In this document: positions 47,280 through 55,605 of the stretch, piece after piece
Layout of the letters: every line of letters begins with the position of its first letter
Position numbering within the stretch: the first letter of the stretch is position 1
Origin: a virus
Strand: one strand, 5' to 3'
Length of the DNA: 64,000 bases
IMG/VR virus record: IMGVR_UViG_3300029922_000015
Coordinates: 1 to 64,000 of that record
Program-made: the position numbers and the translations under genes
Notes under the pieces: generated by a model
The model's input: only the letters and a program-made list of their open reading frames with translations
Told to the model about the DNA's origin: nothing
The model's database searches: none

Positions 47280-47424
47280 CTTTTTTTATTTCGATATATT
47301 TTTCCAAATGTCTATCTAAATCTTGTTGGGTCTTAGCATCAAGGAAAAGTTTACTCGGGCCATATTTCGGTTGTTCTTCTTCCCATTCGGGAAATAATAA
47401 AAACTGTTCCGCTATATGCTTCAT
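47269..47424 (-). CDS. Small hypothetical protein, 51 aa (MKHIAEQFLLFPEW...)
   Basis: ATGA overlap with the upstream stop; fills the gap. Confidence 0.45.
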   Translation of the reverse strand: MKHIAEQFLLFPEWEEEQPKYGPSKLFLDAKTQQDLDRHLEKYIEIKKDED

Positions 47425-48404
47425 ATTAAAACGCTTTTTGCCGTATCAACCGTATAGTTTCTTACCACCGCTTCGTTTTCAAAATTTCTAATTGAAGGGA
47501 CAACTCCCAATAGTGGGTTATCACGCAGTCGCGTAGCCAGACCGGCAACGTAATTAAAATCATAATTTACCGGAATACAATCTTCTGGAGTGGGGAGCCA
47601 TCTTAATTTATGGGCATTGCTAATTTTATGAGGTTCGGCGCACCATTCGGCAAAAATAATTCTTGGAATCCCTAGAGCGTGCGCGAAGTATTTAAGCCCC
47701 GAGTCCAAACCAATAAAAAGAGAAGAATCTCTAATTAATCCTACTACATTTTCGATACTTCCTATAAAAATCTCGACATTCTCCATGCCTTCAAACTCTT
47801 TAAGTCGAGGGTATGTTACTTCTGTTGCTATTAGAACGCATTTGATATTAACCGAAAGTTTCTTTATAAGCCCTCGAATATACCAGTCATCGCTGATATT
47901 TTTATTATCTTTAATTCTGTCTGGAATCAAATTTAAAACAGCATATTTCATTCCCCAAAACTTTTCTTTAATTAGAAGAAACTTCGGGCTAACTTCATTT
48001 AATGCGTCGTCGGGAAGGGGGAATTCGTAAAAATATTTAAAGAAATTAAAGGGATATTTGGCCCATTGCATACCGTCAATCCACATATCGTAGAATCGAT
48101 CGTAGCTCTTCATTCTATCTAAATACTCATCGGGGGTGTTCTCTAGGGCTCCAAGCGTTGTCTCGCCTTTAGCAAACTGAGAATCCGTTACAAAGGGATT
48201 GTATTTTTTGCCGGGGATTGTAATAATATCATTATAGAAATAACCATAAAATGTCCTTAGCCATTTCTCCTGCATTTTATTTCCGTTAGTGTCTAAGAAG
48301 ACATCTATCTTGGCATCGGGAAATCTATCGTAAATGGCAGGAACGAAACGATTGGCGCAAAGACAATCTCCCGCGCCGCCTTCATATCTCAAAGCTATTC
48401 TCAT
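47421..48404 (-). CDS. GT9-like glycosyltransferase
   Basis: EGGAGDCL...FPDAKID; LFIGLDSGLKYFAHALGIP. Confidence 0.75.
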   Translation of the reverse strand: MRIALRYEGGAGDCLCANRFVPAIYDRFPDAKIDVFLDTNGNKMQEKWLRTFYGYFYNDIITIPGKKYNPFVTDSQFAKGETTLGALENTPDEYLDRMKSYDRFYDMWIDGMQWAKYPFNFFKYFYEFPLPDDALNEVSPKFLLIKEKFWGMKYAVLNLIPDRIKDNKNISDDWYIRGLIKKLSVNIKCVLIATEVTYPRLKEFEGMENVEIFIGSIENVVGLIRDSSLFIGLDSGLKYFAHALGIPRIIFAEWCAEPHKISNAHKLRWLPTPEDCIPVNYDFNYVAGLATRLRDNPLLGVVPSIRNFENEAVVRNYTVDTAKSVLI

Positions 48405-48410
48405 TAACTA

Positions 48411-48439
48411 ATTGTATAGAATATAGTCGTTTGTTTCTA
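48411..48439 (-). promoter_or_regulatory. sigma70-like promoter, leaderless
   Basis: TAGAAA-17 nt-TACAAT, ATG 6 nt downstream. Confidence 0.6.
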
Positions 48440-48465
48440 CTTTTTTAAATCAAAGTAGTTTATTT

Positions 48466-48870
48466 TTAATCTTGACTTGGCTTTATCTTGGAAAATACAC
48501 TATCGCTATCTAATAAAAACGAAACCGCCAGACCGGAATTCTCCATAACGCTCACTGCTTTGTCATCCCACAGTTCATCAAATTCCCTTAATTTTTGATT
48601 AGTAACTTCCAATCTGGGTAAACCGTAAGACTCGCACCAATCCTGAATGGCGCTGGCAACCTTCGCCGTATCATAATCGATAATTTCGGAATGCTGGCTT
48701 AAACGCGCGGTAAAAATAATAACCCTATCTCCGTTATCGATCCATTGCTTGACGCGAAAATACATCGCAGGAATCGGAGGGCCAAATGGGCCATAAGGTC
48801 TGAAATCTTTCGATCCTTCATATTGGGAAAGAGTCCTATCGAAGTCAGTGGCGATTGTTTTCATTAACAA
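48466..48870 (-). CDS. Cap-less HAD-superfamily phosphatase
   Basis: DFDRTL, IFTAR, K, WDDKA. Confidence 0.8.
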   Translation of the reverse strand: MLMKTIATDFDRTLSQYEGSKDFRPYGPFGPPIPAMYFRVKQWIDNGDRVIIFTARLSQHSEIIDYDTAKVASAIQDWCESYGLPRLEVTNQKLREFDELWDDKAVSVMENSGLAVSFLLDSDSVFSKIKPSQD

Positions 48871-49277
48871 CCGCCTTTTCTATTGAATTCTGTATGATCG
48901 ACTCTTCCTTGCGGACAATTAAATCCCCAATCACTTGTTTTTGGCCCTGTCATAAAAAGAGTAACGGCGGGGCGCTCTTGATTTGGGCTGTCTTCGTCAT
49001 CGGAAGGATAACGTGATAACTCAACTCTGTGGAAATAATTTTCATTGCCTCCTCCGAAATAACCCGGTTTGCGCCAGAATCTTCCTTCTTTAGTATGTTC
49101 CCAATAGCCGCCCCATAGAATAAGCGTTTTAAATCGCCAAGGATGACAGTGGTTTGCACGGTCATCGTCGGATCGTAAAAAGACATGAAGCTTAACTGAC
49201 CATCCGAAAATAGTAAATAAACTCCATCTAAGTAAATAAGGAGAATGGTCTGGAGATTCTATGATTTTCAGTTTCAT
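48864..49277 (-). CDS. Cupin/double-stranded beta-helix protein
   Basis: LHVF...HCHPW...GGYWE...FHRVEL...TLFMTGP. Confidence 0.65.
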   Translation of the reverse strand: MKLKIIESPDHSPYLLRWSLFTIFGWSVKLHVFLRSDDDRANHCHPWRFKTLILWGGYWEHTKEGRFWRKPGYFGGGNENYFHRVELSRYPSDDEDSPNQERPAVTLFMTGPKTSDWGFNCPQGRVDHTEFNRKGGC

Positions 49278-50233
49278 ATTTTTATTTCAAAAAGCCCGTT
49301 ACCTATCAAATCCGTTAGACTAGAATAGCCAGAATAGGAAACGCCACTTGCAATCCCCGACCACAATTCTTGTACGATGTCTCGCAATGGCTTTATTTCG
49401 CCTTCTACGGCGCTTTCTCGGCCCTCGGCGTGTCCGAGAACCTTACCGAGCAACTCGGCTTGTTTTCGGCTCGCCCCGCCCCAAATCATCTTATGACCCT
49501 GAACTTGACATTCAGCCTCTTCGGCGTTAGCAAAAAAACTGCCTAACATTATCATCTCACTCCCCGCCGCAAAAGCTTTCACGGCATCTCCCGAATTTTT
49601 AATTCCCCCGTCGGCGCAAATTATTCCTTGCTTAAGCATCGTATCGCGAACATCGGAAATTTCTGTAATTTGTCCCCTATTAAATCCCGTTTTATGTTTT
49701 GTTAGACATTGTGCTCCGTTACCGATTCCCACGCGGACGATAACTTCATTCTCCTTTAAATACTTTTTTAAATCTGTCAATAGCAAATATCCTTCTTTGG
49801 TATGAACATTTCCAACTATTAATCTTTCTAAATAGCCGTATTTTGAAATTAAATGAACCGTGCTCGCTATGTCTTCTAACATATATCCCGAGGCGATATC
49901 GATAATAAAATTTTTACCTCCAAATTTTGTGATAGCTTTGATTCTCTCTATATCTGACAAACCAATCGCGAAAAATATTCTGTCAAAATATTCGTTAGGA
50001 ATTTCTGAAACAGATTTTATTTGATCTTCGATTGATTGGAAACGATGTACACAAACATTTAATCCTAAACGAGAGGCTTCTTCAATAAATTTCTTGCCGA
50101 CAATAGAAGCCATCGGACTAACGATGATACGATTTGTTTCGACGGGAACATCCTTTCTACTTTTGACAACGCATGGACGCGCGAGCAAATTAACGTCATC
50201 ATAATAGATAGATTTACTGTTTAAAATAGTCAT
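49274..50233 (-). CDS. GMP reductase/IMPDH-family protein
   Basis: YYDDVNL, SPM, IDIASGY, VGNV, RVGIGNGAQCLT, ADGGIKNSGD..KA, GVSYSG. Confidence 0.85.
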   Translation of the reverse strand: MTILNSKSIYYDDVNLLARPCVVKSRKDVPVETNRIIVSPMASIVGKKFIEEASRLGLNVCVHRFQSIEDQIKSVSEIPNEYFDRIFFAIGLSDIERIKAITKFGGKNFIIDIASGYMLEDIASTVHLISKYGYLERLIVGNVHTKEGYLLLTDLKKYLKENEVIVRVGIGNGAQCLTKHKTGFNRGQITEISDVRDTMLKQGIICADGGIKNSGDAVKAFAAGSEMIMLGSFFANAEEAECQVQGHKMIWGGASRKQAELLGKVLGHAEGRESAVEGEIKPLRDIVQELWSGIASGVSYSGYSSLTDLIGNGLFEIKI

Positions 50234-50236
50234 AAA

Positions 50237-50788
50237 TTAAGCGAAGGAAGAATTTGCGGTCTGAGAAATTATTTGAACAACTTCGGGCCAATTTCTAGCT
50301 CTAACCCCCAAGCGGGTATGTCTATTCCAAGGTCTATCAAGCAAAATGCAAATCCCTTCTACATTATCGAAATTTTTCTCGTAATCGTCTACTAAAAAGT
50401 TACAGTCTTTCAAATAATTACTCTTGACGTCGCCATGTTTGACGAATTGGATTTCAAAATCGATATCGGGGAAATACTTCTTAAGCCAAATTCGCTTGGC
50501 CGGATCAAACGAGTCCTTGGCAATATTCGAGACAATTTTTAGATTATTCGTCAATCCCTTCAAACGATAAACACCCTCGATTGCTCCGTCTTCTGGAGGG
50601 GCGGTATCGTAAATATCCGCTGTGTAGACGCTTAGGACTTCTTCTGTAGAAATTCCCAAGCACTTATCAATCCTATATTCGGTGATATCGTTAGGAGTAA
50701 AATTTATTCCTAATTTATAGCTCAACCTTTTACACCGTTCGGTATGAGGGTCACAAAGAATTCCGTCAAAATCTAATGCTATTTTCAT
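50237..50788 (-). CDS. 5'(3')-deoxyribonucleotidase (NT5C-type HAD)
   Basis: IALDFDGIL, KRIWLKKYF, LVDD, RPWN; start MKIAL at 50788. Confidence 0.8.
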   Translation of the reverse strand: MKIALDFDGILCDPHTERCKRLSYKLGINFTPNDITEYRIDKCLGISTEEVLSVYTADIYDTAPPEDGAIEGVYRLKGLTNNLKIVSNIAKDSFDPAKRIWLKKYFPDIDFEIQFVKHGDVKSNYLKDCNFLVDDYEKNFDNVEGICILLDRPWNRHTRLGVRARNWPEVVQIISQTANSSFA

Positions 50789-51036
50789 TCGATTGTAAAA
50801 AGCCCTTCTAAAGTATGTAAATTTTCGTCTTTTAGGTATATCGTAAACCAATGTTTATTCTCGGCATTATAATCTTCGGCGATAATTGCAAAAATAGATT
50901 CGTCTTCTTTATCAAAATGATAAAGAGCGGCTGTTACAGAATACAATTTATCGGGAAACGATTTCGCAAACGTCGTCCACTGCTTAATTCGTACTTTTTT
51001 GTGAAGCCATTTAGCTTCGAATTCTTCTTGATTCAT
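50785..51036 (-). CDS. Hypothetical protein
   Basis: ORF track; ATGA coupling to the downstream gene. Confidence 0.55.
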   Translation of the reverse strand: MNQEEFEAKWLHKKVRIKQWTTFAKSFPDKLYSVTAALYHFDKEDESIFAIIAEDYNAENKHWFTIYLKDENLHTLEGLFTIE

Positions 51037-51114
51037 TTTAATAATGCTTTCTTATATTTATCGGGAAAAAGAATGGCTTTGGTCATATAAATTTTTATGA
51101 TTTTTATTATGAAA

Positions 51115-51366
51115 TCACTCGTCATCTTCTCCTTCGTCGTTCCATTCGAACTCGAACATGTTACTTGCATTTTCGAAATCCAAATGATCTAATCCATATT
51201 GATACAAAAGAGGCAAACTCACCGCTAACATACAGGATAGCAAAAGACCAAGAACATTCTGATAAGCTAACAAACTAATTGAAAATCCGGCGGACGCGCC
51301 AATACACAAAACCATCCAGCAAAAATAAGCCACTCGCGTAAATACAAAAAACAGCCATTCCTTCAT
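51115..51366 (-). CDS. Small two-TM membrane protein
   Basis: Two hydrophobic helices and an acidic tail; start MKEWL at 51366. Confidence 0.55.
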   Translation of the reverse strand: MKEWLFFVFTRVAYFCWMVLCIGASAGFSISLLAYQNVLGLLLSCMLAVSLPLLYQYGLDHLDFENASNMFEFEWNDEGEDDE

Positions 51367-51677
51367 TCTTTTTTGTCTGGTAAAAATTCTTGAAATCCGA
51401 CCAGCTTGCAACGCCCAAACTCGTCGGGCTCGCTGAATTGAGCGGCAACGCGCGTTCCTAAAACATCGGATAAAGCACAATTAATCAATCCTAAAGCTCC
51501 AGCGTTATGTCCATACATTCCTGTATCGACGGTAAATGTCGAATGATCGGCTAAAGCTTCGTTGCACGGCACTCGGTTGCAAATCAAGGCGTGAAGCGCG
51601 GCGGGGTCTGCTTTAAAAGCTGTATTCAAACGTTCTAAAACAACGTGAAGAAGGGTTCCTTTTGCAAGCGGGTTCAT
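51363..51677 (-). CDS. Hypothetical phage protein
   Basis: LNTAFKADPAALHALI..RVPCNEALADH...GALGLIN. Confidence 0.6.
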   Translation of the reverse strand: MNPLAKGTLLHVVLERLNTAFKADPAALHALICNRVPCNEALADHSTFTVDTGMYGHNAGALGLINCALSDVLGTRVAAQFSEPDEFGRCKLVGFQEFLPDKKE

Positions 51678-51678
51678 A

Positions 51679-51849
51679 TTATTCTATTTCTAAGGTTTGG
51701 ATAAACCGGGACTCTTCGCAGTTATCTTCGTTTTCCTTTTCCCATTCTGCCAAAGCTTCTTCCGCTTTAGTTAAATCAAAAAAGGTTTCAACTACTCCCG
51801 GCTCTTCGTATTCTTCGCGGAAATGTTGGATTATAGCGTATGCTTTCAT
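51679..51849 (-). CDS. Small acidic protein, 56 aa (MKAYAIIQHFREEY...)
   Basis: Fills the gap between thyX and the next gene. Confidence 0.5.
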   Translation of the reverse strand: MKAYAIIQHFREEYEEPGVVETFFDLTKAEEALAEWEKENEDNCEESRFIQTLEIE

Positions 51850-51853
51850 AGAT

Positions 51854-52600
51854 TTATTCTATCAATTTCCATTTGTACTTTTCGTAAGCTTCCATCGTCC
51901 AAGGAAAAAGTTCAATTAAAATAGCCTTAACAGCTTTTCCATATTCTTGAATTTCCGCTTGGGCGTGAGCGTCTTCTCGTAGGGTAATAAAATGGAGCAA
52001 ATTCTTCAAATCCCAACAAGCATAAATCTCAGTATAGACGTTGACCGGAAGAACCATACGGGCCATTTCTCTCGCCACCCCGCTTTCTATTAAACTTTGA
52101 TACAAATTGTAAGATAATTTACAATGTTGTCTTACAGCGTTAGTAGCATTATGTTCCTGCCATTCGCCCGAGCCATCTAAAATACTATCGGGATACATTA
52201 CGCAAGGCTTAAAATTATCCTCTTCGGTACTGCCCTGCTTGTTTTTTACGTCTTGACGACGCCATTTTTCAGGAATATAAAATTCATTAGGAAGTTCCGT
52301 ATAACGAGCGGAAACTTCATTAAGATTTTGCATACGATGACGCACATATTGACGCATGACAAAGATAGGCATCTTGATATTTAGCGTGACCTTAACCATT
52401 TCAAACGGAGAAGTATGCTTATTTCTATAAAGATAGGCAATTAATTTTTTATCTTGATCTGGCCCTTTCGAAGGAGATTTATAAGAAATACGAGCGGCTT
52501 CTACTATTCGTTCATCAGTTCCCATACGATCGATGTAACGGACGAAGCCTTGGTCTAAAACAGGTATAGTAAATCCTTTATCCATAATTTTATCTTCCAC
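51854..52600 (-). CDS. thyX: Flavin-dependent thymidylate synthase
   Basis: AARISY, HTSPFE, RQYVRHR...NEVSARY, AREMARMVLP, HAQAEI. Confidence 0.95.
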   Translation of the reverse strand: MEDKIMDKGFTIPVLDQGFVRYIDRMGTDERIVEAARISYKSPSKGPDQDKKLIAYLYRNKHTSPFEMVKVTLNIKMPIFVMRQYVRHRMQNLNEVSARYTELPNEFYIPEKWRRQDVKNKQGSTEEDNFKPCVMYPDSILDGSGEWQEHNATNAVRQHCKLSYNLYQSLIESGVAREMARMVLPVNVYTEIYACWDLKNLLHFITLREDAHAQAEIQEYGKAVKAILIELFPWTMEAYEKYKWKLIE

Positions 52601-53156
52601 AAGTTGCTCCGCCGAACGCGCTTATGCAATCGGAGAAATGTACGATAAATGCCTCGCGAGTTTTAGGCTCTATTGGGGAGCCATATTCGGGATTACGATG
52701 ATGACTCAAAATACAATGAGAAATTCTCTCTTGGTCATCGTTAGAAATTTTCTTATCGCAATGATAAGTAATGTATTTCTCGAATTCTAAATATGAACGG
52801 CAAATGTGTCTAACTCGATTTTTGTGAGATGTGTGCTGCCACCCCAAGGGCTTTTCCTTGGTCTTTTCGCACTCTTCGTAGTCCCAAATCTTACCGTAAT
52901 CATGCCAAATAGCGCCAGTGATAAGGATATTTCGATCTACCTTGGAATTTTCAGAAGCCGCGAAATCGCAATAACGAACAACTTCTAAGGTATGGGAAAG
53001 CAGACCTCCAATAAAGCAATGATGATGACCTACGCTCGCAGGCCAATAGCTGAAACGCTTATCCTCTAAAACTAATCTATTCAACGATCCAAAACGAGGA
53101 TCAATCGAATTATTAATCTTTTCTAAAAGAAGCAACGGTTCGGTCTTATCATCCAT
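52590..53156 (-). CDS. HD-domain phosphohydrolase (YhaM-like)
   Basis: PAS..HHH...GGLLSHTLEV, WHDYGK, HCILSHH, VHFSD. Confidence 0.85.
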   Translation of the reverse strand: MDDKTEPLLLLEKINNSIDPRFGSLNRLVLEDKRFSYWPASVGHHHCFIGGLLSHTLEVVRYCDFAASENSKVDRNILITGAIWHDYGKIWDYEECEKTKEKPLGWQHTSHKNRVRHICRSYLEFEKYITYHCDKKISNDDQERISHCILSHHRNPEYGSPIEPKTREAFIVHFSDCISAFGGATCGR

Positions 53157-53162
53157 CTAATA

Positions 53163-53191
53163 ATGATAAGATTTTTTGATCGCAAAGTCAA
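53163..53191 (-). promoter_or_regulatory. sigma70-like promoter, leaderless
   Basis: TTGACT-17 nt-TATCAT, ATG 6 nt downstream. Confidence 0.7.
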
Positions 53192-53198
53192 TTTTATA

Positions 53199-53636
53199 TT
53201 AATTCGACGCGAATAATTTTTTACTCTTAATAGGCGAAATTAAAACAACATCGACAATTCGGGGAAATAATACAGCTAGAGCCTCGGCTTTCCTTTTGGA
53301 AGAAACCCATACGTCAATAACAAGAACATTAAAACCACGAAGTCTAGCCGCTTTTCGATGAATAACGTCTCGCCCTCCGCAGTCTTTAGCCAAGACTTTC
53401 ATCTTGTTACTTATATTTAACACCGATCCTTTGGGAATATAATTAAAATCAACGGCAGCGATACCCTCATGCAACCTATCTCCGTCGCAATCATACTTAC
53501 CGCCCACTTCCGAAGGAAAAAAGAAAGTTATTACCGCTTTAAAAGATTCGGAGGATTTAGGTATTTTTGTCGAACTGCCTATACTCATCCCAAAACACAA
53601 AAACCAAAAACACATTAAAATAAATATTTTTTTCAT
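53199..53636 (-). CDS. 3D-domain (MltA-like) peptidoglycan lytic protein with N-terminal signal/anchor
   Basis: IAAVD...IPKGS, AKDCGG, IDVW (three Asp); MKK plus hydrophobic N-terminus. Confidence 0.7.
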   Translation of the reverse strand: MKKIFILMCFWFLCFGMSIGSSTKIPKSSESFKAVITFFFPSEVGGKYDCDGDRLHEGIAAVDFNYIPKGSVLNISNKMKVLAKDCGGRDVIHRKAARLRGFNVLVIDVWVSSKRKAEALAVLFPRIVDVVLISPIKSKKLFASN

Positions 53637-54343
53637 ACATACTCCCATTTATATCCGAAAGCCGTATACAAATATCTCCGACCATTTTTATCGATGGTTT
53701 TATTACATACTTTAGATATACTACTCGTAGAGTTTGGTTTATTTAATACTATAGCGGCCAAATTTATAGAAGGCCAAATTTTAATAATCTCATTCGTATT
53801 AATATCTATTTGTTTGACCGATTTCCAAGTCTTAGAATGATTTCTATTTTTCTGCCCTTCTTTTATTTTTTGTAAAGATTCTGGAGAAAGAATTAATTTT
53901 CTATTTAAATTTATTTGTCTTAATTTTTCCTTAGTCTCTTCGGAGTGCTTTTTTCCGATCTTCCCCATTTTCGCTAAACTTAGCTTTTTTCTATGATCTG
54001 GAGTTTTAGGAATTCCGGCGGAACTTGTTCCGAAGGGTAACAAATTATATCCCACTTTATTATTTAAGGCGTTAAATTTTTCAATATAATATTTTTCTTT
54101 TTCTAAAAGTATTTTATCATCGATATAAATTTCAAAAGATTCTAAAATCTCTACATCGAAATTAATCCATTTATATTTTCTAATGGCGTTATTAATTGGA
54201 TAAGTGGCATAATAATGAGGAGATGTTTCGCTGACCTTATGCTGCCATAATCGGCGTCTTAAATTAATAGATTTCCCAATATAAATCTTATTGTTGAGTT
54301 TATTTCTTAATAAATAAATCCCCGCCCCCTGTGTCATTTTCAT
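53633..54343 (-). CDS. GIY-YIG homing endonuclease with NUMOD3/NUMOD1 domains
   Basis: GIYLLRN...IYIGKS, GYN, KKHSEETKEKL, TAFGYKWEY; promoter spacing favours a start at 54337. Confidence 0.9.
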   Translation of the reverse strand: MKMTQGAGIYLLRNKLNNKIYIGKSINLRRRLWQHKVSETSPHYYATYPINNAIRKYKWINFDVEILESFEIYIDDKILLEKEKYYIEKFNALNNKVGYNLLPFGTSSAGIPKTPDHRKKLSLAKMGKIGKKHSEETKEKLRQINLNRKLILSPESLQKIKEGQKNRNHSKTWKSVKQIDINTNEIIKIWPSINLAAIVLNKPNSTSSISKVCNKTIDKNGRRYLYTAFGYKWEYV

Positions 54344-54372
54344 ATTCTACTTAACTTTGTTTAAAAAGTCAA
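54344..54372 (-). promoter_or_regulatory. sigma70-like promoter
   Basis: TTGACT-17 nt-TAGAAT. Confidence 0.7.
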
Positions 54373-54406
54373 GCTTTAACCTTTCTAAAATCGTGCAAAT
54401 TGCAAT

Positions 54407-55261
54407 TTAACGCTGTAAACTGAGCAACCATTCGACAAATTCAAAAGCGGAGACTATCCCGCCAACAACCGCTAAAATTCCCACTAAAATATTACCAAAT
54501 GTCGTTAGCCAACTCGTAACCTTCTTAGGTATCACCCACATGCCCTGCTTGATTAACTTTATTCTTTCCTCGTCTTCTTTGCGACGTTTTTCAGAATCTT
54601 CTAAAGAAGCCACTCTCTCTATCGTTTTGGATGTTTTACTGTTTAATGCAATAAATTGATTTTTAATTTCTTCTGTCACTTCGGCTACATGGCCGGCTTT
54701 TTCTTTAGCCGCTTGAGCCGCCGCCGCCGCCTTATCTAATTTCTCAAATAATTTAAAATTAGTTCTCTCTTGATTTGCGTTCTGCTCGTGTAAAACAAGC
54801 AAAATTTCACTCTGAGGAATATCCGCGCGTTTTAGCGCCAAGGAATGAACCGCGCTGCGCGCCCCGGTGTTATCGTCGGTTGTTTTTATTTTTAATTCGT
54901 ACCAAGCCTTCGTTAATTCTAAAATAAATTTCTCCGAATGTATCAGGATATCTTTGTCAAAAGAGCCATCTGCTCCTGCATCTTCCGCTTCTTTACGGAG
55001 TTGGGGCGATAAATAAGAACTCAAAACCCAAACAGAAACCGGACTTCCCCTTTTGAGTGATCTAACGCTATTTCCCAATTGGCTTTCGTGAGAGTCTGGA
55101 AGCTTTACATCTAATAAAATAATGTCGGGGGATTGGCTCTCTTTTAAATCCATTCCCGCTGCCAAAGTTTGAGCGAAAGATACACTATATGGATAGTCTT
55201 TTAAGATGGTCTTAATTAAGTTTTGTGTTTCTTGCTCGTCTTCTATAATTAAAAGCTTCAT
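54407..55261 (-). CDS. Receiver (REC) domain + coiled coil + C-terminal TM protein
   Basis: LLIIEDE, DIILLDVKLPD, LSS, GADGSFDK; C-terminal ILVGILAVVGGIVSAF helix. Confidence 0.8.
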   Translation of the reverse strand: MKLLIIEDEQETQNLIKTILKDYPYSVSFAQTLAAGMDLKESQSPDIILLDVKLPDSHESQLGNSVRSLKRGSPVSVWVLSSYLSPQLRKEAEDAGADGSFDKDILIHSEKFILELTKAWYELKIKTTDDNTGARSAVHSLALKRADIPQSEILLVLHEQNANQERTNFKLFEKLDKAAAAAQAAKEKAGHVAEVTEEIKNQFIALNSKTSKTIERVASLEDSEKRRKEDEERIKLIKQGMWVIPKKVTSWLTTFGNILVGILAVVGGIVSAFEFVEWLLSLQR

Positions 55262-55272
55262 TGTGCTAATAT

Positions 55273-55300
55273 TTACACGAAAATTGTCATTACCGTGTAA
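55273..55300. promoter_or_regulatory. Divergent pair of GTGTAA late-promoter motifs
   Basis: TTACAC 55273-55278 (- strand, 11 nt before ATG 55261) and GTGTAA 55295-55300 (+ strand, 8 nt before ATG 55309). Confidence 0.6.
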
Positions 55301-55308
55301 ATTAGTAT

Positions 55309-55446
55309 ATGAGCAAGGAGTGGCGAGAGGCTGATCTTTTATATTTGAAGGGTAACTATCGCAAAATGCGGATAGGTAAAATCGCTAAAGATTTAAAACG
55401 CACGATTCCTGCTATTATAAAGAAATGTAAAGCTCTAGACCTTTAG
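55309..55446 (+). CDS. 45-aa Myb/SANT-like HTH protein
   Basis: MSKEWREADLLYLKGNYRKMRIGKIAKDLKRTIPAIIKKCKALDL; below the ORF-track cutoff. Confidence 0.65.
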   Translation: MSKEWREADLLYLKGNYRKMRIGKIAKDLKRTIPAIIKKCKALDL

Positions 55447-55605
55447 TTCTTCTATTAAAGATACTCTGAGTTCTAACAACAATTTATCTATCTCTTTTTC
55501 GGTTAAGGGCCGTCTTTCGGAAGCAATAACTTTCCAAGTGTCTAGCTTTAAGGGGTTCATCTCATTTACTTTTCCGAAAGATAGATTATAATAGAAGTAT
55601 TTCAT
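55435..55605 (-). CDS. Small hypothetical protein
   Basis: TAATG coupling to the nrdA stop (MKYFYY...). Confidence 0.4.
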   Translation of the reverse strand: MKYFYYNLSFGKVNEMNPLKLDTWKVIASERRPLTEKEIDKLLLELRVSLIEELKV

